Shown piece after piece: positions 50,750 through 62,689 of a stretch of 64,000 nt of DNA (the first letter of the stretch is position 1; each line of letters begins with the position of its first letter). A program made the position numbers and the translations under genes. Origin of the DNA: Macrostomum lignano (taxonomy: Eukaryota); assembly GCA_002269645.1 (NCBI GenBank), contig NIVC01000158.1, positions 186,001 through 250,000 of the forward strand. Direction: 5' to 3'. The notes below the pieces were generated by a model. It made no database searches and was not told the origin of the DNA. It saw only the letters and a list, made by a program, of their open reading frames with translations.

Positions 50750-51150
50750 CGTAGTAGCCGGATTGGGGGTGTTGGTAACTGGGATTGTTGACCTTAGCAA
50801 CCGGGTTGTTGGCCTTAGCAACCGGGTTGTTCACCATGCCAACTGGGTTGTTAACCTTAGCAACCAGGTTGTTGACCTTAACAGAGCAGCGGGTTCTTGG
50901 CCTTAGCAACCAGGTTGTTGATCTTAGCAACTGGGTTTTTGACCTTAGTAACCGGGTTTTTTCACCCTGTCAACTGGGTTTTTGACCTTAACAGAGCAGC
51001 GGGTTGTTGACCTGGCTACCAGGTTGTTGACCTTAGCAACCAGGTTGTTTACCTTAGCAACTGGGTCGTTGACCTTAGCAACTAGTTTGTAGACATTAGC
51101 ATAGCAGCGGGGTTGTTTCATACAATATAAGATATCGACCTTAGCAACCA
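50750..51150. repeat. Degenerate ~21-bp repeat GGGTTGTTGACCTTAGCAACC just after the CDC7 stop codon
   Basis: Directly visible. Confidence 0.8.
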
Positions 51151-51554
51151 AATTTGGTATCTTAAGAAACCATGCTGTTAGCCTTAGTTACAGAATTTTT
51201 GCTCTGTTAAAAACCAGTTTTTGTGCTATTATTGACCTGTGCATTTCCTATGTTAGTGAGCATTTCTGTATAATCTATGCATATACGAGCTACCAATGCC
51301 CAACTTATTTGAATGTTTACAGCCAATGCCAGGAATCTTGACCGTCTGGCTGCACTATTTATTAATTTTTAATGCTGTTATAATATTTTCGCGTCAACTA
51401 TATAACTTTTGTGCAACTAATGGCAGTGCATTTCTTAGAATTATATCTAAAGTACAAGTATTTTTCATATTAAAAATGCTTTTATGCCTGTCGAATATTA
51501 GCAGGCTGAGATATCCTTACTTGGGATTGGAAATAGGTTCGGATGTTCTCACGA

Positions 51555-52675
51555 CTGGGTTATTCTCACTTTGAGATTGGAGATAGTTGAGATATTCTCA
51601 CCTTGAGATTAGAGATTGGCTGGGATATTCTCACCTTGATATCGGCTAAGATTTTCTCACCTTGATATCGGCTGGGATTTTCTCACCTTGATATCGGCTG
51701 GGATTTTCTCACCTTGATATCGGCTGGGATTTTCTCACCTTGATATCGGCTGGGATATTCTCACATTGAAATTGGAGATCGGCTAGGATATTCTCACCTT
51801 GAGATTGGGGATCGGCTGGGATATTCTCACCTTGAGATTGGGGATCGGCTGGGATATTCTCACCTTGAGATTGGGGATCGGCTGGGATATTCTCACCTTG
51901 AGATTGGGGATCGGCTGGGATATTCTCACCTTGAGATTGGGGATCAGCTGGGATATTCTCACCTTGAGATTGGGGATCGGCTGGGATATTCTCACCTTGA
52001 GATTGGGGATCGGCTGGGATATTCTCACCTTGAGATTGGGGATCGGCTGGGATATTCTCACCTTGAGATTGGGGATCGGCTGGGATATTCTCACCTTGAG
52101 ATTGGGGATCGGCTGGGATATTCTCACCTTGAGATTGGGGATCGGCTGGGATATTCTCACCTTGATATCGGCTGGGATATTCTCACCTTGAGATTGGAGA
52201 TCGGCTGGGATATTCTCACCTTGAGATTGGGGATCGGCTGGGATATTCTCACCTTGAGATTGGGGATCGGCTGGGATATTCTCACCTTGATATCGGCTAG
52301 GATATTCTCACCTTGATATCGGCTAGGATATTCTCACCTTGAGATGGAGATCGGCTGGGATATTCTCACCTTGAGATTGGGGATCGGCTGGGATATTCTC
52401 ACCTTGAGATTGGGGATCGGCTGGGATATTCTCACCTTGATATCGGCTAGGATATTCTCACCTTGAGATTGGAGATCGGCTGGGATATTCTCACCTTGAG
52501 ATTGGGGATCGGCTGGGATATTCTCACCTTGAGATTGGGGATCGGCTGGGATATTCTCACCTTGATATCGGCTGGGATATTCTCACCTTGAGATTGGAGA
52601 TCAGCTGGATTATTCTCACCTTGAGATAGTAGATCGGATGGGATATTTCCACCTTGAGATTGATATTCTCACCTT
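51555..52675. repeat. 33-bp (and 24-bp variant) minisatellite GGCTGGGATATTCTCACCTTGAGATTGGGGATC
   Basis: Directly visible. Confidence 0.94.
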
Positions 52676-52779
52676 TAGACCAGCGATCTAAAACTTCTAT
52701 AATTTCAACCCATTAGATGGTGCTAGACTTCGCTAGATCAACTCTCTTGCTTATTATCACAATGCATGCAGGAACCAGC

Positions 52780-53148
52780 ATGCCAAAGGTGTACAAAACC
52801 ACTCACCAGTTCGATGGCGACCTGCCCGCACTTGTTCACCTGAGCGTACTGGAATTCTCTGACCGCCTGCTCCTGTCGGTGTCCGACTCGGGCAAGCTGG
52901 GCTGCTTCTTTGTGCCGGCGCCCGGCCTCCAGGCCGATGACGCGGAGGCTCGGTTCGGCGCGCCAAAATCGCCGGCCACCTCGCGGGCAGCGCGTCTCCT
53001 TGGCGACAGTCTTCGCCGAGGCGCCGACGCCGGGAGTAGCTCATCAACGGCGCCTGTCGTGAGCCTGTGCCTCGCGAACGAGAGCCGCAGTCGGGTCCAG
53101 CTGCTCTGCGAATTGGTGGCTCAATTTCGCACCTGGCCGCAGGCGTGA
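52780..53148 (+). CDS. PSMG3: Proteasome assembly chaperone 3 (PAC3)-like, single exon, 122 aa
   Basis: LEFSDRLLLSVSDSGKLG resembles PAC3 (AFSSHILVVVTQFGKMG); C-terminal Trp; acceptor-like GCAG 8 nt before the ATG; PSMG4 is a less likely alternative. Confidence 0.7.
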   Translation: MPKVYKTTHQFDGDLPALVHLSVLEFSDRLLLSVSDSGKLGCFFVPAPGLQADDAEARFGAPKSPATSRAARLLGDSLRRGADAGSSSSTAPVVSLCLANESRSRVQLLCELVAQFRTWPQA

Positions 53149-53837
53149 ATTATTTTGATAATTTTTGAAAATGAAAATACTACTTGCAGCGTCTGTTTGG
53201 AGTTTTTTCCTGTAATTTTCCACGAGCAATAAAATTCTAAAAGTGCGGCATTTATTTTTGTACTTTGGTGTAAATATCAATTGAAAGAATAATACAAGGA
53301 AATTGCCAAGCTGTTGTAATGTTGAAAATAATTCTAACTGCGCTTTGTTTCTTAATACCAGCTTTTGTATTTTTATTCTTACTATACAATAGGAAATCGA
53401 ACTTAATAAATAGTACTAAAGGCTTATTGAGGGGTAATGCGCTGCACTGAAAACACAGAAAATAATTGCAGGAAAAACCCAGTTCCGATGTCTAAATCCT
53501 CTTGGCGGCACACGAGTATACTATAAGCGCATATCTTCGCTTTGGGGATATTACGAGTATTCCAGTTTCTTAGAAATAAAAAGAACTGTTTGGTGCCGTA
53601 CAGTGTAGATGTAAATTGAATGCATTGGGTACGTTAAGATGCCCTAGGTACACGTATCTTTTGCAGATTAGCACTGCATTACAGTAATATATAATATAGT
53701 TCACTTTAAGCATTGGAACACAGGCGGGTGGTAGCGCTGAAGGAAACGGCCACCGGAACAGTTTTACGATCGAAGTTTTGGAATGAAACTTATTTGCACT
53801 GTCCTAATCTTCAACATTCTCGTATTCTTTATGGCTC

Positions 53838-54190
53838 GTATTCCCGCACCAGCCAATAAGCGTCAAGTTTGGGTAAGAGGCCCTGTTTCCGCACCAGCCA
53901 ATGAGCGTCGAGTCTGGCTAAGAGGCCCTGTTCCCGCACCAGCCAATAAGCGTCAAGTCTGGCTAAAAGGCCCTGTTCCCGCACCAGCCAATGAGCGTCA
54001 AGTCTGAGTAAGAGGCCCTGTTCCCGCACCACCAGCCAATGAGCGTCGAGTTTGGGTAAGAGGCCCTGTTCCCGCACCACCAGCCAATGAGCGTCGAGTT
54101 TGGGTAAGAGGCCCTGTTCCCGCATCAGTCAATAAGCGTCGAGTCTGGCTAAGAGGCCCTGTTCCCGCATCAGTCAATGAGCGTTGAGTC
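53838..54190. repeat. ~42-45-bp minisatellite GAGGCCCTGTTCCCGCACCAGCCAATGAGCGTCGAGTCTGGCTAA
   Basis: About 8 units visible, between two convergent genes. Confidence 0.9.
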
Positions 54191-54387
54191 TGGGTTGGGA
54201 ATCAAGTTTGCGTACTCAACCCCAACTAAACTATCTTATTAATACTTTAATGGGTAAAGCTATTCTGCTGCAGTCATCAGTCATGCAATGTAAAGTTGCA
54301 AGTTGCAAAGTTTTCAACATTTCTCGAGTACGCGTATATAAGCCGGCTAAAACTTTAATTGATTTTTATCCAATCGCTTCGAGTCGC

Positions 54388-55002
54388 TCACTGCAAGCCG
54401 AACGATACAGACGACATTCGAACTGTCGGGGCAGCGGCCGAGATCCTTCTCAGCTGAATCGGGGCCTTCGACTCCTTGTCCAGCTTCGCTGAGGCTGACC
54501 CGCTCCGGGACTGTCGCGGGCCGAGCGGCTGTCGCGGCTTGCCGAACGCGTCCCGAACGCCGCCCTCCCGCGCCACGTTGGACTGATTCTCGCCGTCTTC
54601 GCGAGCCCCGACGCCCAGCAGCAGCATGTCGAGCAGGCCGATGATGTTCAGCTTGCGTTGCAGCGGAAAATTCTTCGTCGACAAGAAGATGCCGCGCCGT
54701 TCGCGTTTGGTCATGTGCCAGGGAGCGTACAGGATGCGCCCGGTCTCGCGATCGCGGAGCGGCTCCGTGGGCGACTTGAGGTCGTAGACTTCGCCATACT
54801 GGTGGTGTGTGATGCCGACTCGCTGGTAGCCGTAGACCAGCGGCTTGTTGTCCGGCACGAACTCGTTGCACTGTAGGCGGGCCTTGGCGGTGTCGCGGTA
54901 CTCCTCCAGGTTCACGCTGCCCGGCAGGATGCCCTCGATGAGCCGCTTGGCCTGGCGGGTGGCGCCGTGAAATGCGTGGGATTGTAAAGTGCATGTAGGC
55001 TG
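54388..55002 (-). CDS. Unrecognised protein (~290 aa), exon 2 (...YGYQRVGITHHQYGEVYDL...PWHMTKRERRGIF...NFPLQRKL...)
   Basis: Strong GC3 bias; tandem CAGCAG acceptor at 55005-55000, phase 0; TGA at 54390-54388. Confidence 0.75.
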   Translation of the reverse strand, partial: QPTCTLQSHAFHGATRQAKRLIEGILPGSVNLEEYRDTAKARLQCNEFVPDNKPLVYGYQRVGITHHQYGEVYDLKSPTEPLRDRETGRILYAPWHMTKRERRGIFLSTKNFPLQRKLNIIGLLDMLLLGVGAREDGENQSNVAREGGVRDAFGKPRQPLGPRQSRSGSASAKLDKESKAPIQLRRISAAAPTVRMSSVSFGLQ

Positions 55003-55145
55003 CTGTAGTACGAGTTTCGTTAGAGGGGATCGGCAAGCTAACAAAGTTTCGCCGGATTTAGCATTTAGTGAAGTGAAATAGCATTTGCATTTATGGAATT
55101 AATAATTTTGCTTCGGGGCAACTAAATATAGCGCCTGCTAAACTG

Positions 55146-55552
55146 AAATGAGTGCCTGCGGCGCTAAAATGAGTGCCTCCGGCGCCAAAATGAGTGCCTC
55201 CGGCGCCAAAATGAGTGCCTGCGGCGCCAAAATGAGTGCCTACGGAGCCAAAATGAGTGCCTGCGGAGCCAAAATGAGTGCCTGCGGCGCCAAAATGAGT
55301 GCCTGCGGAGCCAAAATGAGTGCCTGCGGCGCCAAAATGAGTGCCTGCGGAGCCAAAATGAGTGCCTGCGGAGCCAAAATGAGTGCCTGCGGCGCCAAAA
55401 TGAGTGCCTGCGGAGCCAAAATGAGTGCCTGCGGAGCCAAAATGAGTGCCTGCGGAGCCAAAATGAGTGCCTGCGGAGCCAAAATGAGTGCCTGCGGCGC
55501 CAAAATAAGTGCCTGCGGCGCCAAAATGAGTGCCTGCGGTGCCAAAATATGC
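55146..55552. repeat. 21-bp minisatellite GGMGCCAAAATGAGTGCCTGC in the intron of the unrecognised gene
   Basis: Directly visible. Confidence 0.95.
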
Positions 55553-55774
55553 GCTGACAACACCGATTCTCAAAAATAATATACATGTACACGTAGAATT
55601 CTTGGCTTTGTCCCCCAACCACAAAATCCATGGCGACGCCTCTCTGAAGCGTTGCCGCTCTCAAATAACCCTCCAAGTTTCTCCAACAAACTTGTGAGGA
55701 TAAAACAGCTAACATGGATTTAAAGTTCAGCTACATGGATTTGAGTTTATGGCATGCTAATCAATATTCCACAC

Positions 55775-56032
55775 CTGCGCATGTTTAGCCCGAGTCGGCG
55801 CCACCACCATGAGCAGCTGGTACTTGATCCAGGTGTCGCCAGCGCCGCGCCTGTACAGTGACCGAGTGTTCATGACCAGCTGGCAGCTGCACTTGGCCTC
55901 AATCATGTTCTTGTTAGCCGGCAGCAGCAGCGGGGTCAGCAGCTCGCTAACGGCCAGCAGCAGGTACTTTCTAGTGGACTTGCCAGCCCCGATCGCGTTG
56001 AATGAGACGGTGAAGCCGCGGTATTTGGACAT
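55775..56032 (-). CDS. Unrecognised protein, exon 1 (MSKYRGFTVSFNAIG...WIKYQLLMVVAPTRAKHAQ)
   Basis: ATG at 56032; very GC3-biased codons; donor CAG|GTGTGG at 55774; 86 codons, phase 0. Confidence 0.72.
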
Positions 56033-56399
56033 TGGCGAGCAAACTCTGGGACTATGAAATTCTATATAACCACTGCACACTAGCCAAATTTTAGGCGTTG
56101 ACTATCGATTGAAGGGAATAGTTTTGCCAGTTTGTCTCATCTACATCTGGTCAATGTCTATGGCTGAAACCCCCTGTTTGAGTTCGAGAATAGATCTTAT
56201 ATTCCCTCCCTCCTTAGCAAACTTTTTCACATTAGCTCCTATGGCCACATAAGTGGTTAATGAGTGGCCCATCTTGTGCATATACATATCTCATACATGT
56301 TTGATCTTTGGGTTCGAGCACAGCAAATGGGCTGTGTAACTATCTAGAATGGAAATGGCTTATCATAGCGGCAGCATAAGGAGCACAATGATAAGAACA

Positions 56400-57945
56400 A
56401 GGACGAAAAGGAGGATAAGGAGGGTAAGGAGGATAAGGAGGGTAAGGAGGATAAGGAGGGTAAGGAGGGTAAGGGTAAGGAGGATAAGGGTAAGGAGCGT
56501 AAGGGTAAGGAGGGTAAGGAGGATAAGGATGGAAAGGAGGATAAGGACTAAGGAGGGCAAGGAGGATAAGGATGGAAAGGAGGATAAGGAGGGTAAGGGT
56601 AAGGAGGGTAAGGGTAAGGAGGGTAAGGGTAAGGAGGGTAAGGGTAAGGAGGGTAAGGGTAAGGAGGAAAGGAGGATAAGGATGGAAAGGAGGATAAGGA
56701 GGGTAAGGAGGATAAGGAGGGTAAGGAGGGTAAGGGTAAGGAGGATAAGGGTAAGGAGCGTAAGGGTAAGGAGGGTAAGGAGGATAAGGATGGAAAGGAG
56801 GATAAGGACTAAGGAGGGCAAGGAGGATAAGGATGGAAAGGAGGATAAGGAGGGTAAGGGTAAGGAGGGTAAGGGTAAGGAGGGTAAGGGTAAGGAGGGT
56901 AAGGGTAAGGAGGAAAGGAGGATAAGGATGGAAAGGAGGATAAGGAGGATAAGGATGGAAAGGAGGATAAGGAGGATAAGGATGGAAAGGAGGATAAGGA
57001 CTAAGGAGGGCAATGAGGATAAGGAGGGCAAGGAGGATAAGGATGGAAAGGAGGATAAGGATGGAAAGGAGGATAAGGGGGATAAGGATGGAAAGGAGGA
57101 TAAGGATGGAAAGGAGGATAAGGATGGAAAGGAGGATAAGGATGGAAAGGAGGATAAGGATGGAAAGGAGGATAAGGATGGAAAGGAGGATAAGGATGGA
57201 AAGGAGGATAAGGGGGATAAGGAGGGTAAGGATGGAAAGGAGGATAAGGATGGAAAGGAGGATAAGGATGGAAAGGAGGATAAGGATGGAAAGGAGGATA
57301 AGGATGGAAAGGAGGATAAGGATGGAAAGGAGGATAAGGATGGAAAGGAGGATAAGGATGGAAAGGAGGATAAGGGGGATAAGGAGGGTAAGGATGGAAA
57401 GGAGGATAAGGAGGATAAGGATGGAAAGGAGGATAAGGAGGATAAGGATGGAAAGGAGGATAAGGAGGATAAGGATGGAAAGGAGGATAAGGAGGATAAG
57501 GATGGAAAGGAGGATAAGGAGGATAAGGATGGAAAGGAGGATAAGGATGGAAAGGAGGATAAGGATGGAAAGGAGGATAAGGAGGATAAGGATGGAAAGG
57601 AGGATAAGGATGGAAAGGAGGATAAGGATGGAAAGGAGGATAAGGAGGATAAGGATGGAAAGGAGGATAAGGATGGAAAGGAGGATAAGGATGGAAAGGA
57701 GGATAAGGAGGATAAGGATGGAAAGGAGGATAAGGATGGAAAGGAGGATAAGGAGGATAAGGATGGAAAGGAGGATAAGGATGGAAAGGAGGATAAGGGG
57801 GATAAGGATGGAAAGGAGGATAAGGATGGAAAGGAGGATAAGGATGGAAAGGAGGATAAGGAGGATAAGGATGGAAAGGAGGATAAGGATGGAAAGGAGG
57901 ATAAGGAGGGTAAGGATGGAAACGAGGATAAGGATGGTAAGGAGA
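56400..57945. repeat. Polypurine higher-order repeat of 6/9/18-bp units (GGAGGATAAGGATGGAAA, GGAGGGTAA)
   Basis: Directly visible; almost no C on the + strand. Confidence 0.95.
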
Positions 57946-58744
57946 ATTAAATTGATTGCAAAATCGATGTTAATTAAATAAAAATAAATAATTTAAAACA
58001 GATGCAAAAGAATTTGAACAACACTGACAGATCTGTTTTAGTCATATTTAAATTTTACGACACAATGTAAATGGTAACGTTTTTAATTATAAGTAGCATA
58101 GCTCATATGGTATCTTTATTTAATAAATATATATTCATACATCATGGATTCAAATATGCAGACTTGTCGGGCATCAAAGAAACAATCGGGGAGAGAAACA
58201 CACGCCAGTGTACAGCACAAGCCGCTAGTTAATACGATAGCTTTATGACAAAATTCACCGCTTTTTCAATACAGTTACAAGTAGTATGAAGCGTACACGA
58301 AGCTATTTATTCATGTTAACATTATAAAACTCCTGTTTTACCAAGAGCGAGCAAATTTCCAAGACAAGAGGAAGAGTTGTAATGCGCGGCTGGTCTTTGT
58401 GCGCGAGATTTCACAATTGAACAGGCGGGCCAACAGAAATCCAACTGAATTATTAATATTGCTAAATATATTCTTGTTGCAAATTCTAACGAGTATTGAC
58501 AACTGAAATTAGTAATTAGTTGGATAATATTTTGCTTACAATTATAGCGATAGACAATTTGTAAGCGAAATGGGGATTCGTTAAACAAAAATAACTGCTA
58601 GAATTAAACTGAGGGGAATGTATTTAATATACCAGTACATAATGTATATACTGCAGCAGGCAGTTTTATGCGTTGAAAAATAATGTTTTATGTTCATATA
58701 GGGCTGGCTGCTAGCAAATAAGTAGCAATTGCACATGCAGGGAA

Positions 58745-59530
58745 AAGGGAGAGGCGGCAGACAGCTGGGAGAGGCGGCACACAGCTGAGAGAGGCGGCAG
58801 ACAGCAGGGAGAGGCGGCAGACAGCAGGGAGAGGCGGCAGACAGCAAGGAGAGGCGGCAGACAGAAGGCTGAGAAGGCCAGCAGACAGCTGGGAGAGGCG
58901 GCAGACAGAAGGCTGAGAAGGCCAGCAGACAGCTGGGAGAGGCGGCAGACACAATGCTGAGAAGGCCAGCAGACAGCTGGGAGAGGCGGCAGACAGCAGG
59001 GAGGGGCGGCAGACAGCTGGGAGAGGCGGCACACAGCTGAGAGAGGCGGCAGACAGCAGGGAGAGGCGGCAAACAGCTGGGAGGGGCGGCAGACAGCAGG
59101 GAGAGGCGGCAGACAGCAGGGAGGGGCGGCAGACAGCAAGGAGGGGCGGCAGACAGCAGGGAGGGGCGGCAGACAGCAGGGAGGGGCGGCAGACAGCAGG
59201 GAGGGGCGGCAGACAGCTGGGAGGGGCGGCAGACAGCTGGGAGGGGCGGCAGACAGCAGGGAGGGGCGGCAGACAGCTGGGAGGGGCGGCAGACAGCTGG
59301 GAGGGGCGGCAGACAGCAGGGAGGGGCGGCAGACAGCTGGGAGGGGCAGCAGACAGCAAGGAGAGGCGGCAGACAGAAGGCTGAGAAGGCCAGCAGACAG
59401 CTGGGAGAGGCGGCAGACAGAAGGCTGAGAAGGCCAGCAGACAGCTGGGAGAGGCGGCAGACAGAAGGCTGAGAAGGCCAGCAGACAGCTGGGAGAGGCG
59501 GCAGACACAAGGCCGAGAAGGCCAGCAGAC
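58745..59530. repeat. ~20-bp minisatellite GAGRGGCGGCAGACAGCWGG with interspersed variant units
   Basis: Directly visible. Confidence 0.93.
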
Positions 59531-60667
59531 AGTAAAGACAGTGATATGAGCAAGAAACGTGAGGAACTCGCAGGCCAGACAAAGGAAGCAGACGTAATAA
59601 ACTGGCCAGCCAAGGCGGGCCTGAATCAAGCACTGATTCACACACACGGCATGCATGAAGCAAAAGTGCATGTACACATTAAATGAGCACAGCGGGGTGG
59701 CGGTCAAGCAAGTTAAGTATTATACGAATTAATAATTTGAAACAAAAACCGACGGGCAATAAAGGGGGTTTAAAATATTAATTAACCAATATTTATCTGC
59801 CGGCTAATTAACAGTTAAAACAAACAATCGATCGACATGTAGTTTTCTAAGAACTATTACTCAGAATAACAAACTTTGGATTGATAATAAAAAAGCAACA
59901 AAAGAAAAATCAAAGATGACGCGACAGCAAAATAGCCAATTCGGAAGTATTTAATAGTTATTTAACTGGATTTGAGATTCCGGCAGCCCCTGACATAATC
60001 AGTTATGATATTAGCTCATTAATTATTAATTGTTTAGTTAACAGCACGAATATCTGGACATATTTTCTCCTATAGTCTTGTAGATAAAGTTTATTTAAAA
60101 GTCGTTCCAGCTAATGTTCAATCAACTTTCTACTAACCACAGTAGGCTAGTTGGAGTTTTATTCAGCTATGGGTACTTTTGAGTCGGCAAACTGTTTTAC
60201 AAGAAAGGCTAGATAAAAAAATCTAGCTCATGGCTGCGGACCAGATGAGAGAGGAAAAGAAGGCAGAGGTGAGAGTAGATATGAGAATAGATGAGGTGAG
60301 AGGGGGGCGGGAGGAGAGAGTAGAGAGCAGAGAGGAGAAAGGAGAGAAAAGAGAGGAAAGAGCAGAGGAGAGAGGGAGAGAAGAAAGAAGAGAGAGAGAC
60401 AGAGAAGAGACGCAAACCTTGAGCGGGCTGGATTGCTATTGTGACGTTTCCAAGGACCCGAGGGCCGGATAGAGAGGCTTCGCGGGCCGCATTTGGCCGA
60501 CCGCTGAAGTAAAAGGGGCTAAAAGAAGCTACACTTGCAAGTCTTGCTAATATTTCCACTAATTAGTGACACCGGCCAATGACGACAGTCAAATATTCTT
60601 TATGGTCCAGACTATCGGACAGATTTCTTAGAAACACATGGAACAGACAGGCGGGTCCATTGAAATT

Positions 60668-61221
60668 CTACAGGAAAGGATTGGTACCGGCAGACGGAGG
60701 CTGCGGCTGCTGCTGATAATAAGGGGGCGGCGCCGGCCCGCCACCGAAGAACGGATTGGCCGCCTGCGCCTGCGGCTGCATGCCGAAGCCGCCACCTCCG
60801 CCTCCGCCGCCGCCGCCACCTCCAAACGGATTAAACGGATTAGCAACAGGGCCGCTTGCCGTGGTGGCCGGGGCCGCCCAGGAGCCGCCGCCGCCGCCGC
60901 CCCAGCCAGTATTCCAGGACTGCGACGCCGGAACGCCCATGCCGCCTCCCATGGAGTCCCAACTGGGCTGAGCACCGCCAGACCAAGGCGCTGTCGATAT
61001 TGGCGCGCTGGTTGTGGCGCCGACGCCGCCGCTTCCGTTGCTGCCCCAGTTGATGCCGACGCCGGCGTTGCCGCCGCCTCCGCCTCCGCCTGTCCAGTTG
61101 ATTGGCCCGCTGTGCATTGCGGGCTGCTGGTGTCCGCCGAACACGGAGCCAAAGCCGCCTCCGCCGCCGCCTCCACCGCCGCCGCTGCCGCCAAAGCCTT
61201 CGCTTGAGAATGCGCTCGGAC
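60668..61221 (-). CDS. Terminal exon of an epsin-like endocytic adaptor: Gly-rich with three NPF motifs, ending GTNPFL*
   Basis: Acceptor TTCAAG before 61221; NPF x3 (EH-domain ligands) and terminal NPFL as in epsins; ENTH domain not in the window, so family is inferred. Confidence 0.65.
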
Positions 61222-61274
61222 CTTGAAGGGGGATCCATTCAGATGGATATTAATAAACATATTCTGGCTTCTTA

Positions 61275-62142
61275 ATAGGCCACTGTTCTGCCCTGTGACT
61301 CTTCTTGGTGGGTCACTGTTCTGTCCTGTGACTCTTCTTGGTGGGTCACTGTTCTGTCCTGTGACTCTTCTTGGTGGGTCACTGTTCTGTCCTGTGACTC
61401 TTCTTGGTGGGTCACTGTTCTGCCCTGTGACTCTTCTTGGTGGGTCACTGTTCTGCCCTGTGACTCTTCTTGGTGGGTCACTGTTCTGTCCTGTGACTCT
61501 TCTTGGTGGGTCACTGTTCTGTCCTGTGACTCTTCTTGGTGGGTCACTGTTCTGTCCTGTGACTCTTCTTGGTGGGTCACTGTTCTGCCCTGTGACTCTT
61601 CTTGGTGGGCCACTGTTCTGCCCTGTGACTCTTCTTGGTGGGTCACTGTTCTGTCCTGTGACTCTTCTTGGTGGGTCACTGTTCTGTCCTGTGACTCTTC
61701 TTGGTGGGTCACTGTTCTGCCCTGTGACTCTTCTTGGTGGGTCACTGTTCTGTCCTGTGACTCTTCTTGGTGGGTCACTGTTCTGTCCTGTGACTCTTCT
61801 TGGTGGGTCACTGTTCTGCCTCTGTGACTTCTTGGTGGGTCACTGTTCTGCCTCTGTGACTTCTTGGTGGGTCACTATTCTGCCCTGTGACTCTTTTTGG
61901 TGGGTCACTGTTCTGCCTCTGTGACTTCTTGGTGGGTCACTATTCTGCCCTGTGACTCTTCTTGGTGAGTCACTGTTCTGCCTCTGTGACTTCTTGGTGG
62001 GTCACTGTTCTGCCTCTGTGACTTCTTGGTGGGTCACTGTTCTGCCTCTGTGACTTCTTGGTGGGTCACTATTCTGCCCTGTGACTCTTCTTGGTGGGTC
62101 ACTATTCTGCCCTGTGACTCTTCTTGGTGGGTCACTGTTCTG
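61275..62142. repeat. 33-bp minisatellite GTCACTGTTCTGYCCTGTGACTCTTCTTGGTGG (intronic)
   Basis: Directly visible. Confidence 0.95.
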
Positions 62143-62159
62143 CTCATCTACATCCTTAC

Positions 62160-62186
62160 TACATCTGGATGGATCACTGCCCGGTC
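62160..62186 (-). CDS. Candidate 27-nt frame-preserving micro-exon of the epsin-like gene (GPGSDPSRCS)
   Basis: Acceptor CTGCTCACAG and donor GTAAGG on the - strand; lies between two arrays; phase compatible with the terminal exon. Confidence 0.35.
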
Positions 62187-62689
62187 CTGTGAGCAGGTAA
62201 ATGCCCATTGTTTCGGTAAGGGCAGAGAGTTGGCCTATTCATAGAATTTGGTTAAATCATAATCACCAATTTGTTTTTAATAGGTCATTGCATGATAACA
62301 AACGGTTACAATAGAAAATGTAATAGATATAATAGGAATTGAGAGAAAAAATAATTAAACCTGAAATAGCGCTGGAAAAACCTGAGTGCATATCTACAAA
62401 TGCTTTACGACATATCTATCGCCCACAAATAAGTCAATATTGACGCACTTGCATAGAGCAGAATACGACTTATTCAGATCACATTCTGTGATAAAAAACC
62501 CAGCTGAAAATGCCGATGCGCCCCAATTGCACCAGATAAAAAATTGTGCAACAACCTGATAGGCTAAAAATAGAATAATTTAAGACTGTTGCTGATAAAG
62601 ACAGAAAGATCAAGTGAAGTGGGAGAGGGGCACAGGGGTGCAAAAGACAAGTAGGTAGAGAACCAGAGAAGAGAGGACAGAGTGAGACA

